A DNA stretch of 64,000 nt, taken from positions 1 to 64,000 of the forward strand of contig NIVC01001185.1 of the NCBI GenBank assembly GCA_002269645.1, given 5' to 3'. The notes beneath the pieces are model-generated. The model had not been told where the DNA came from and searched no databases. It saw only the letters and a list, made by a program, of their open reading frames with translations. This document shows, piece after piece, positions 39,584 through 49,362 of the stretch. Numbering within the stretch: position 1 is the stretch's first letter; the number at the start of each line of letters is the position of its first letter. Made by a program: the position numbers and the translations under genes. The stretch comes from Macrostomum lignano (Eukaryota).

Positions 39584-41293
39584 TTACAGTATTCTGCAGC
39601 AGTATCGAAATTTTGATTCGTTTTCGTCAACGGCATCACGGGCAAAGTGGCCAGATTCTGCGTAGAGCAAGTCGCCTCCGTTGTATCCTTGGTTGTCATG
39701 CCCCTGCTCCGCCTGACCACCATTTGTGTGATTATTCACAAAGTACTCGCTCCTATCATCTACACTTTGCACTCTGTACTGCTCCTGCAACACCTGCTGT
39801 CTCTGCCGTTCCTGCTGCTGCTTCTGTCTTTGCTGCTCTTGCAATCTCTGTTGCTGTTCTAGCAACTGTTGCTGTTTCTGCTGTTCCTGCCATTGCTGTA
39901 ATCTTGGATTCTCTCGAAGCTGTTGCTCTCTTTGCTCCTGCAGCATCCTCTGCTTTTGCTGCTCCTGCAACATCCTCTGCTGCTTCTCCAGCATCTGCTT
40001 TCGCTGCTGCTCCTGCAAAATTCTCTGCTTTCGCTGCTGCTCCTGCAACATTCTCTGCTTTCGCTGCTGCTCCTGCAACATTCTCTGCTTTTGCTGCTGC
40101 TCCTGCAACATTCTCTGCTTTCGCTGCTGCTCCTGCAACATTCTCTGCTTTTGCTGCTCCTGCAACATCGTCTGCTTTTGCTGCTCCTGCAACATCCTCT
40201 GCTGCTCCTCCAGCATCTGCTTTCGCTGCTGCTCCTGCAACATCCTCTGCTTTCGCTGCTCCTGCAACATCTTCTGCTGCTGCTCCTGCAGAAGCTGCTT
40301 TCGCTGCTGCTCCTCCCGCATCTGCTTTCGCTGCTGCTCCTCCAGCATCTGCTTTCGCTGCTGCTCCAGCACCATACTCTGTTGCTGCTCCTCCAACATC
40401 CTCTGCTGCTGCTTCTGCAAAATCCTCTGCTGCTGCTCCTGCAGCTTCTGCTTTTTTTTACAAGCAACCCTAAGAGCTTCGATAGCATTCTCGTAATTAT
40501 TGGTTGGAACATAATGCAGGTGAAAGTTTCCTCGTTTTCTCGTGTACAGACAAATTCCTTTGCCAGTAAATGTTCGTCCGAATCCGTACTCATTCAGTTG
40601 CTGCACTTGTCTGATCTCAATATCCATCACAAAAATGTATCCCACATTGCTCAGCAACTGAGGCAGCTTCACGCCAACTAGACTCAAATTCCTACCAGAA
40701 TCGACAAAACTCAGACTGATGATGTCGAATGGTTGAGCCGTTAGCTTTCGGTCAAGCACAAAGTCCTCCATGGGCATTTCAATGAACTCGTGTCTCGATG
40801 TGTTGAAACACCAATCCGATGTGGCCTGTGCGAATTCGCTGTCGAAAGCGCTCCAGTCCCAGGGAAACGCGTCAACTCCAATGCAGCTCAGCTGCAGCAG
40901 CCTCCCACCACGCACCTGGTTAACCTCGCCTCTGTGTACAACATCTTTGATGGCTCTGACGACTCCAAGCAGGTCGCTGCCGGGACCGCAACCGAGCGAC
41001 AAGATCCGGATCTCCCGAGGCTGCGGCTCGCTGCAAACTGACTGCAGAAGTTGCTTCACCTCATCTCGTATTTTGGTCTGTACGAGTCTAGACTTGCGTA
41101 TAAACTCTTTTTGTGTATAGGCCTTGCGGAATTCCGGGTCGCTGTAGAATCTAAAGTCCTCTTTGTGCTTGGCATCAAGCCATTGCTGGTAAATTGGACA
41201 GTCCATGATCTTTTGCTCCGGCTCTACTCGTAGGAGCTCAGCTCTCTGCTTTGCATCTGCCTCCTTTTGATACGCAGACTTGTGCAAATACAT
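39584..41293 (-). CDS. Intronless 569-aa protein: class I SAM-dependent methyltransferase-like domain + ~220-aa Gln-rich repeat coil + C-terminal CCRIL (copy A, intact)
   Basis: Motif I ILSLGCGPGSD, acidic motif II CIGVD, motif IV-like FDIISLSF. QEQQ(R/Q)KQRML repeats. ATG at 41293; a paralog is present at 55839-57638. Confidence 0.85.
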   Translation of the reverse strand: MYLHKSAYQKEADAKQRAELLRVEPEQKIMDCPIYQQWLDAKHKEDFRFYSDPEFRKAYTQKEFIRKSRLVQTKIRDEVKQLLQSVCSEPQPREIRILSLGCGPGSDLLGVVRAIKDVVHRGEVNQVRGGRLLQLSCIGVDAFPWDWSAFDSEFAQATSDWCFNTSRHEFIEMPMEDFVLDRKLTAQPFDIISLSFVDSGRNLSLVGVKLPQLLSNVGYIFVMDIEIRQVQQLNEYGFGRTFTGKGICLYTRKRGNFHLHYVPTNNYENAIEALRVACKKKQKLQEQQQRILQKQQQRMLEEQQQSMVLEQQRKQMLEEQQRKQMREEQQRKQLLQEQQQKMLQEQRKQRMLQEQQRKQMLEEQQRMLQEQQKQTMLQEQQKQRMLQEQQRKQRMLQEQQQKQRMLQEQQRKQRMLQEQQRKQRILQEQQRKQMLEKQQRMLQEQQKQRMLQEQREQQLRENPRLQQWQEQQKQQQLLEQQQRLQEQQRQKQQQERQRQQVLQEQYRVQSVDDRSEYFVNNHTNGGQAEQGHDNQGYNGGDLLYAESGHFARDAVDENESKFRYCCRIL

Positions 41294-41838
41294 TTATTTC
41301 TTGGAAATTTCAGTTAAGTATCATAAGTGCACACAACTCGAAAGACGTACGCATTAATTTCCTTCTCTACCTCTAAAAACTCCACTGCAGAGTTTATACA
41401 CAACGCGTACATTAGCCAACCGGGCCGAAAGGAATGAGAAGACGCAGGGGTGGCGGCGAAAACTAGGGCAAAACGAGCCCAGCGAAAGCGAGTGTATTTG
41501 ACGCGAAATTGAAGTATTACAAGCAATGGAGTAAAAGCAGAGGGATAAAAACAGAACGGACAAGCATACAGGGAAAAAAATTTAGCCAAGCATGCCAACG
41601 CTGAGCGGCAGAACACGCGAATAAATGGGCCAGCGCGACCCCAACCCCCACCACCCCCACCCAGCGGGCAGAGGCACCGGTCCCGGTCAGCTAAAGCCGA
41701 TTACAGAGCCAGTAAACCGGTCCTGAGATCGCAACATTGGCCAACCGGGCCGAAAGGAACAAGGAGAAGACGCGGGGGGTGGCGGCGAAAAGGCGGGCGA
41801 AACGAGCCCAAAACTCCCAAGAAAACGAGAGGTGAAAG

Positions 41839-42800
41839 TTACACAGACGGAAGGTGGGACGCCAGCCGAAGCGGAAAGTACCGCTCTACCGCGCTGCTCG
41901 ACCAGTCGCCGACCCGCTTGATAGCGTCGACGGGGATGCCGGCATTCGCGGCGGACGTGGCGCCCCCCCCCGCCGCAACGAGTGTCCGGAAAAGTTGGCC
42001 GGCTCTGAAAATCCAGCCGCCTGGCAAAGGTGCGCGCGGTGAGCGGCGCGAGGGCTCCACGCCTGCGGGCCCCGAAAAGATGATGTTGATCATTTTGTGG
42101 ACGGTTGATGAGCAGCTGCTTCTCGAGCGCTGCAACTGGGCAAAGCCGATTGCCGGCTGGGAGCCGCGGCAAAAAGACTCGTTGCTGGCGCGCACCAAAC
42201 TGGTTTGTCTTCGACCTTGAAATGACGAGAACAACGCCGGCACTAGCCGGCCTGATGCAGCTCGCGCTGAGGTCTCGAAGGGGGTCAAACCGACCGGCGA
42301 CACACAGATTGGCCCGTCGTAGCATGGCCCACCAGCCAACAATGCAGGCGCACCAGAACGCGCAGTCACCGGGTTCCTCTGGCTGCAGTGCTCGGCACAG
42401 TCGCAGGAGGTCGGCTGGCAGCAACGCTTTCTTGCTCTTTGGGGCAGCGCCAAGGAGCCGTCGGGCTCCGGGCAGCGCGAGCTGTACCAGTGGCTGCTTG
42501 GTAGGGTCGGCCACACAGTTTGCCTTGTAGAACCAGGACACGGCTGCGAGGTGACAGGACAGGCTGCTGACGGAGAACAGTCGGTTTCCGGTCAGCACCG
42601 CCAGCTAGTTTTACACATCGGCACGCTGCGCTGACAGTGGCCGAACTCCATGGGCATCGCAGAACCGCAGCGAGGATGCGCACTGGGTGGCGTGGGCGGC
42701 GCTGGTTGAGCTTGCGAAGCCGCAGCCGAGCAGTTGGTGGGCGGACGAGCTGAGGCCAGGCACTGAGACCACAGGAGGCAGACCTGAAAAAGAAGGTGAG
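41839..42800 (-). pseudogene. Tyrosine recombinase of the Ngaro element (frameshifted)
   Basis: Motifs MLRRAN (R), SKTNQ (K), SGHSLRRGG|ATSA (HxxR; extra G in a G run at ~41963-41971), GDWSS and VERYF (Y). Confidence 0.88.
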
Positions 42801-42849
42801 AAGCAGCGGCAGGACTCAAGCAAGCAGATGCAGGCAAGCAGGTAGGCAC

Positions 42850-43485
42850 GTAGCAGGTGCCGTAGAAGCGAAAAATAAATTTAGCAAGCTGGCTAGGGTC
42901 GTTAGCTCTGGACAGCAGGTCCGCGAGGAGCTGAAAGCGGTCAGGCACGTGATACGCGCGCAAGATAATGTCACGCTGGATGCAGGTCAGAGTGACGAGC
43001 CTCTGCAGGTCGGCGATGCCGCGATGCTCGGCCGAGCTAGATTTGATGATGCCACAGGCAGCGGTGCTGTCCGTGTACACTGCAACGGAGCGGCCGCTGA
43101 GGGCCTCTTGATGCTTCAGGATAGCGACCAGAGGGGCGGCGCACTCCTTGAAGTTGATGTGGAGCTTTTCGAACTCGCTACCGCAGTCGAGTTGCCAGCT
43201 AATAAAAGCCAGGTCGAGTCACTGTAGTCGAAGTGCAGCACCGCACCGCCGCCTGCATAGCAGGCATCAGACTCGATAGCGGCGGCCGGCCAACGAGATG
43301 GCCAAGCGGACTTTGGCGGCAGAATGCTCAACGCGATCGTCCACCACTCCAGCTGAGACCTGAGCTCCACCGTAACGTCGGACGGACGGTCGGACGGATG
43401 CGTCAGGCTATTGGCGAGATCGATTAGCGGACGCAGGAAGGTTCGACCGTGCTGAGCGGTTGTGCACATATGGCTGATGCCCTAG
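42850..43485 (-). pseudogene. RNase H region of the Ngaro element (frameshifted)
   Basis: Motifs GRTFLR, LEWW, IESDAC, YTDSTAA and YHVP...LLADLLSR. Confidence 0.8.
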
Positions 43486-44374
43486 TGTTGTGCCCGGGTG
43501 CACTTGCACCGATGAGCAATCTCTGGCTCTCAGTCAAGTGTGCCCGGCGCTGCACTCCCCCCCCCCCCCCCGGCCGCGTGCCTGCGCCAACACCCCATTC
43601 TGTTTGCGTCAAACCCCCATCTGTCTGCGTCAAACCCCCCATTCTGTCTGCGTCAACCCCCCATTCTGTCTGCGTAAACCCCCCCCATTCTGTCTGCGTC
43701 AACCCCCCATTCTGTCTGCGTCAACCCCCCATTCTGTCTGCGTCAACCCCCCATTCTGTCTGCGTCAACCCCCTCCAGTTGCACCCACCCCACTGCCTGT
43801 TAGGCCAGCCGGCTTTGGCTGGCTGCGGCCCCAGTGCGCCCCCTCTCTCGCCCTGCGATTGGCTGGTGGTCCAGCCAATCGGTTTGTTTCCTCTCCCCTC
43901 CAATCGCGACCCCGACTTGTAACTTTTTCCTTGTTGGATAAGACGATCGTAATTTTGTCTAGCTGGGCTTGGGGTAGCGATACCCCAGGGCTTAACCAGC
44001 TAGCACAAATATAAATATATGTAGGAGCGGCAGTAGGGGAGGCATCTCTTTCCTTGGTTGAATTGTGCAAGTCACAGCCATAAGTCTAATACTACAATCT
44101 AGATACCTGTCTATTCTATAGACTGAAGAGAGAACATTGAGAGAAGCCAACCCTGCTGCCGCCACCGCTGTTACCCGAAGAAACAGAGTGAGTCGCGTGT
44201 CTTTCTTATTTGAGGGACTGGCGAGAATTAATCTGTGCAATAGGGACGGACTGATTAAGTCTCATGATACGATCCCCCGCTCAGAGTCCGAAGTCAGTCC
44301 GGCCAGTTGACTGACGCCATCTTCGGCTCGTTCACTGTGATAGTCAGGGTAGTGATCCAGCCTGTAGCACAACA
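43486..44374. mobile_element. Solo LTR (889 bp) of an unrelated LTR retrotransposon, with ~8 internal 22-23-bp repeats
   Basis: TGTTGTGC...GCACAACA termini; 4-bp TSD CTAG (43482-85, 44375-78). Removing it rejoins the RT/RNase H connection (QKLL|G..SHMCTT). Confidence 0.85.
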
Positions 44375-45112
44375 CTAGCAGCTTCTGCAACTCAGACTTT
44401 GACACGTCTTGCTGCGACAGGCAGGTGCGAACCAGGAACTGAAGCTTCCTGGCTTTGTCAGCTGGGAAAGAGAGGCTCGCTTACACGGTATCGATGTCTA
44501 TCCCCAGGAACCGCAGCTTGGTTGTTGGCGGCACAGATTTTCTCTTGTTGATGACGAATCCAAGCTCGGTGAGCAGGTTACGCAGCTCGCAGTAGGCTCG
44601 TTTGCACTCAGCTTCTCTGTCCTCGCCATGACAAGAAAATCATCTATGGTGGCCAGGAAGCCTTTGCGGCACATCATACGCCGAACCACTTGGGTGAGAC
44701 AATGGAAGATGCTGACAGAGGCACGACTGCTGAATGGTAGGCGCGTGTCCACTATGTAAGCTGAGCGCCCGTCACCAAAGTCCCAGTGGATCCCGGTGGC
44801 TTGGTAGCACTGCGGAAAAATGGGCACAGCACGGTAGGCGGACGCGATGTCAACCTTCGCCATGAACCAGCCCGGCTGCATCAACCTGATGGCCTCATCG
44901 ACAGAAGTGAAGTGGAGCTTGCGCTGCTGGGCGTAGTGATCGTTCAGGCTTTGGCCGTAAGGAACGGAGCAGTCGTGGATCAGCCGGATGCTGGCGCTGT
45001 CCTTAGGAATCGCGCCGAGCGGTATGACGTTCGCGATGATCTGCCCGACGTCGCTGTGGACTTGCCTGGGCTGCCTTCCGTTGATTTCGCGAGGGCTGTC
45101 CTGCAGTCCGAG
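44375..45112 (-). pseudogene. Reverse transcriptase region of the Ngaro element
   Basis: Motifs PLGAIPK...IRLIHDCS, KVDIASAYRAVPI, DTRLPF and IDDFL. Confidence 0.85.
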
Positions 45113-48100
45113 TGTTCGTTTTTTTTGGGACGAGTAAGAAAATTGATCGAGTCTCAGCCTTTAGCTTAACTCTGCAGACACTTGGTCTTTTCAATTATAT
45201 TTTGGCAACTCTTTAAGCCACCGAATTGAACTGTACAAATGTCCATAGACATCAATAGAATTTTCAGCCGTTGACGGCTACTAAGCAAAGTGCATTCTCT
45301 AATAAATAAAAGTTCATCACAGTGCTAACACTCCTTCCCATTAGTTAACAGCTAGGTAGGTACACCAAGCTTGCGGTACTCAAGTCGCCTTGGTACTTGC
45401 CGATGGCGATTACTTCTCCGAAGACCAGACTAGACTCTTGATCCGTGTGCACATGTTCTTCAGTCTCCATCTCCACCAGGTCATCGGAACCGGAACTCCT
45501 TGGCTTTGTCTGTTCACGATGGTATCGTCCACGCCTTCCGTCCTCCAGCTCAACGTCGACCACAACCTTTCCCTCTGTTGCCACCACTTCGCCAGACTTC
45601 CACTTTGTCATCTCGTTGTTGTAGGTTTTCACCCAGACTGGCTCACGTGCCAGAGAAAATGCAGGGGTGCGAAGTAGGTGACCTCTCATCAGCTCAGAGG
45701 GCGATTTTCCGGTCGTAGAATGTTTCGCGTTCCGGTATTGAAGCAGAAACCGGTCGACGCAACTCTGAAGGTCATCTTCTTCAGCGGCTCGGACGTGATT
45801 TTTTAAATCTCTCACAAAGCGCTCGGCCAGTCCATTTGACCTTGGATGATACGGTGGTGTGAGAACATGTCGGTAGTTGATTCCTTTTAACCAACCTTGC
45901 ATTTCTTTCGATACAAATTGAGGTCCATTGTCGGAAACAATAGTCACGGGCACGCCTTCTTGGGCGAACATTCTTCGCAGTCGCTTGATTGTCTCAGATG
46001 AAGTGGTTCCCTTAGTCACGTGAACTTCAGCCCATTTACTGAACGCATCAATCAGTACCAACATGTAGTTTCCTCCCTTCATAGGCCCTGCGTAGTCCAT
46101 GTGAACTCTTGACCAGCATTCGGTCTCATCCGGCCACGCAGTCCATTGTCGGGTGGCCCCATGATCCTTGTTTTCCTGGCACGAACAACATCCTTTCGCA
46201 TACTTTTCGATGTCTCGATCTACTTCAGGCCACCAGACGCATTGTCTAGCCATGGATTTCATCTTTTCTGGTCCGATGTGTCCTTCGTGCAGCAATCGCA
46301 AAGTTGCAGAACGCTCCTGCTTTGGTACAACCAGCCGAATACCTCTGTACAGCAATCCATTCTCGATGACTAACTCGTCCCTGAATCGGCTAAACTGTTG
46401 TAGTTCTCGAAGTCCTTCTGCATTCCAGCCAAACTTGACTTGAGCGAATAACTTCCGGAGCTCTGAATTCTCTTTCGATTGTCTTCTCAAACGCTCCTTG
46501 TTGATTGGAAAATCTAGTAGGCAGTCCTGCACTGAGCTAATGTCAAACTGCTCCCCTTCAGACGTGCTGTTCTGCAGTCTTGACAGGGCATCGGCCACGG
46601 GAATCTCAGCAGATCTCTTGCACTCAATGGCGTATTCGTAGCTCATCAAAGTGATTGCCCAGCGTTGCACTCTCGCTGCAGCAACAGTTGACAAGGATCT
46701 GCCAGGATCAAAGATGAACTTTAACGGTTGGTGGTCTGTGCGAATGACGAACTTGTGTCCCAGCAAATACTTGTATAAGCGCTTCACAGCCCATACAATG
46801 GCGAGGGCCTCGCGTTCAATTTGAGCATAGTTGCGCTCTGCTTGAGTCAGAGTTTTTGAACTGAATATTACGGGCCCGGACGACTGCTCGAGGACTGCAC
46901 CAAGTCCCGATGGTGACGCGTCAGTAGTGAGAACGATCTTATCTGATGGATCAAAAGGCTTGAGAGCGACTGCATTATGTAGTTCGTCCTTGATGCTCTG
47001 AAAGGCTCTCTGCTCGATTGGGCCCCATGCCCACTTCGTTCCTGACCTGGTCAGTTTCGTTAGAGGTTCTTTCAGGCTCGCGAGATTCTTGATACACCGT
47101 CCGTAGAAATCGACCATCTCGATAAATGACTGCAGCTGCTTGAGATTCTTTGGCTCTTCTAATCCTGCAATCTCCTTGGCTTTCTTTGGTGGTGGACGAA
47201 TGCCGTTTTCACTGATCTCATATCCCAGGAACATGATAGATGGCTTGTTAAAAGTGCATTTTTCCTCGTTAATGCTCAGTCCACTCTCCTTTAAAATTCG
47301 AAGCACATTGGACAGTCTGTTGTCATGACTCTGTTGGTTGAAACCCCACACAAGAATGTCATCTTGGTAGGAAATGACACCTTCTATGTTTAGAAGCAAC
47401 CTGTCCATGAATGACTGAAAAATTGCTGGTGCTTGCTTTACTCCATATGCCAATGCAGTGGGCCTGTATAAGCCGAACGGAGTGCTCCACGTCAGCATCA
47501 CGCTGCTGTCTTCATCCACCGGTACTTGGAGGTACGCATTTGATAGGTCCAACGTAGAGAATCGGCGGGCACGGCCTAGTTTTGACAGAACTTCGTCAAT
47601 TGTGGGCGTTGTTGACACCATGTCTTTCAGCAGTGGGTTGAGGGTAACCTTGTAGTCACCACAAATCCGAACCTTTCCAGACTGCTTTCGAACACAGACA
47701 ATGGGTGTAGCCCACTCGCTGGATTCCACCTTCTGGAGCTGTACAGCCTCTTCCATTCTCTTCAACTCGGCCTTGACATCGTCCTGAATCCCGTATGGAA
47801 TTTGCCGAGGTTTAAAAAAAATGGGCTTTGCTCCCGCCTCAATGGCCAATGATACAGAAAATCTTTTTACAGAGCACGCCGTTGTAGGATTCGAGCCGTC
47901 TTCCTCAGGCACCGTACATTTTGTAATAAAAGTGTAGAGGTCTGGCTCAAGGGCAGCAATCCAATCTAGGCCATAGATAGATTCGGCTTTTGGGTTGTCC
48001 ACCACAAACAGAGTTAGGTCGGAACTTACTGAGTTTAGCTTGGCGTTCACAATAGCTTCGCCTTTCACTAGCACTGGATCCCCTTGATACGCAGCAAATC

Positions 48101-49362
48101 GTCTGCTTGTGGGCCTTACATTTGCTGGTTCGAGTAGGCTTTGAAACACCGAGCTTGACACGAACGTTGAGCACGACCCGGTGTCCAGTAGCATCTTGAT
48201 TTTCGTACCATTGACTACTACATGTCGCGTTATCCTTCTGCTTCCACGATCATCTTCCGGCGTCATCATCGAGAAAATGTGCCCGACTTGATCAGCTGCA
48301 TCGTCGATTGCTCTGACTCTGCTCCTTGGATACCGTCCGCCTCCTTGTGACCATTTGTTGCTCGTTGAAGGCCGTTGTCCACCTTTGTTCAGTCCGCACC
48401 TGCAAACTGCTTTGAGATGACCAACCTTACCACACTGAAGGCATGTCTTAGTCCGGTGGTGGCACTGGTCCTTTGTATGTCCTTCCTTGCCGCAGCAGAA
48501 GCACTTGACTTGGCGCAATTGGCCGTTCTTCTGGTCGCTTTTCTGGTACGCTGGTTTCTGGGCTTTCGATGTCGAAGGAGGATCCGTCTTGACATGTAGA
48601 ATTTCGCCTCCTGAGATCTGTCTCTCGCCGCGACTTACGGCCTCGCATGCATTGGCCACCGTAGTTACTTTTTCCCACGTCAGATCTTTCAGTTTCTCCG
48701 TGAGCAACTTTCTGACGATCTCCTTGTTCGACAATCCGAAGATAAATTGGTCCCGCAGGCGGTCATTCAGTTCGGCGGTTGAAAAGCCGCAGTTCTCCGA
48801 ACCCAGTAGCAGCCTTCTTGCGTAGGCAGAAACGTCTTCGCCGTCGTCCTGCTTGAGGTGATGGAACGCGTACCGGTATGCAATCTCGGATTTCGCCGCT
48901 TTTGTCTCCTTGATCAGCTGAGTTTTCAGATCAGCGTAGGTCTTGGCGTCAGGCTTATCTGGCAATAGCGCGTCCGCCAACAGTGCGAAGGCCTTCTTGC
49001 CGAGATGTGCGATGAGGGCGAACTTCTGAGCGGTGTCATCCCACTTGTTCAGCTTGGAGACTGCTTCGAAGCGTTGGAACCAGCGCTCAATTTCCGCTGG
49101 GGCTTCTGTCTCCAGAGGCTCGATAAGACCAGCCGCCGTCGCCAGTGTTCGTTTTTTTGGGACGAGTAAGAAAATTGATCGAGTCTCAGCCTTTAGCTTA
49201 ACTCTGCAGACACTTGGTCTTTTCAATTATATTTTGGCAACTCTTTAAGCCACCGAATTGAACTGTACAAATGTCCATAGACATCAATAGAATTTTCAGC
49301 CGTTGACGGCTACTAAGCAAAGTGCATTCTCTAATAAATAAAAGTTCATCACAGTGCTAACA
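45113..49362 (-). mobile_element. Full-length Ty3/Gypsy LTR retrotransposon (Mag-like), very young
   Basis: LTRs 45113-45330 and 49146-49362 are identical except for one T in a homopolymer. TG...CA ends; 5-bp TSD CCGAG (45108-12, 49363-67). PBS TGGCGACGG below 49145; PPT TGGGAAGGAG next to the 3' LTR. Confidence 0.97.
45345..49145 (-). CDS. Gag-Pol polyprotein (gag with 2 CCHC knuckles, protease, RT, RNase H, integrase), single open frame
   Basis: Motifs CFCCGKEGHTKDQC and CLQCGKVGHLKAVC; LLDTGS; YQDDILV; TDASPSGLGAVL; HEGH...C..C; DYAGP; DNGPQF; NGLAERFV. The start codon is uncertain (first AUG at 48269). Confidence 0.95.
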   Translation of the reverse strand: MATAAGLIEPLETEAPAEIERWFQRFEAVSKLNKWDDTAQKFALIAHLGKKAFALLADALLPDKPDAKTYADLKTQLIKETKAAKSEIAYRYAFHHLKQDDGEDVSAYARRLLLGSENCGFSTAELNDRLRDQFIFGLSNKEIVRKLLTEKLKDLTWEKVTTVANACEAVSRGERQISGGEILHVKTDPPSTSKAQKPAYQKSDQKNGQLRQVKCFCCGKEGHTKDQCHHRTKTCLQCGKVGHLKAVCRCGLNKGGQRPSTSNKWSQGGGRYPRSRVRAIDDAADQVGHIFSMMTPEDDRGSRRITRHVVVNGTKIKMLLDTGSCSTFVSSSVFQSLLEPANVRPTSRRFAAYQGDPVLVKGEAIVNAKLNSVSSDLTLFVVDNPKAESIYGLDWIAALEPDLYTFITKCTVPEEDGSNPTTACSVKRFSVSLAIEAGAKPIFFKPRQIPYGIQDDVKAELKRMEEAVQLQKVESSEWATPIVCVRKQSGKVRICGDYKVTLNPLLKDMVSTTPTIDEVLSKLGRARRFSTLDLSNAYLQVPVDEDSSVMLTWSTPFGLYRPTALAYGVKQAPAIFQSFMDRLLLNIEGVISYQDDILVWGFNQQSHDNRLSNVLRILKESGLSINEEKCTFNKPSIMFLGYEISENGIRPPPKKAKEIAGLEEPKNLKQLQSFIEMVDFYGRCIKNLASLKEPLTKLTRSGTKWAWGPIEQRAFQSIKDELHNAVALKPFDPSDKIVLTTDASPSGLGAVLEQSSGPVIFSSKTLTQAERNYAQIEREALAIVWAVKRLYKYLLGHKFVIRTDHQPLKFIFDPGRSLSTVAAARVQRWAITLMSYEYAIECKRSAEIPVADALSRLQNSTSEGEQFDISSVQDCLLDFPINKERLRRQSKENSELRKLFAQVKFGWNAEGLRELQQFSRFRDELVIENGLLYRGIRLVVPKQERSATLRLLHEGHIGPEKMKSMARQCVWWPEVDRDIEKYAKGCCSCQENKDHGATRQWTAWPDETECWSRVHMDYAGPMKGGNYMLVLIDAFSKWAEVHVTKGTTSSETIKRLRRMFAQEGVPVTIVSDNGPQFVSKEMQGWLKGINYRHVLTPPYHPRSNGLAERFVRDLKNHVRAAEEDDLQSCVDRFLLQYRNAKHSTTGKSPSELMRGHLLRTPAFSLAREPVWVKTYNNEMTKWKSGEVVATEGKVVVDVELEDGRRGRYHREQTKPRSSGSDDLVEMETEEHVHTDQESSLVFGEVIAIGKYQGDLSTASLVYLPSC

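Noticed and set aside
39493-40681. Ala-rich and Leu-rich plus-strand ORFs (also 56073-57026)
   Set aside because: Antisense shadows of the Gln-repeat coding strand.
49146-49226. ORF-track start of the Gypsy polyprotein at 49226
   Set aside because: The codon is TTG inside the LTR; the same sequence in the other LTR gives only a 63-aa ORF.
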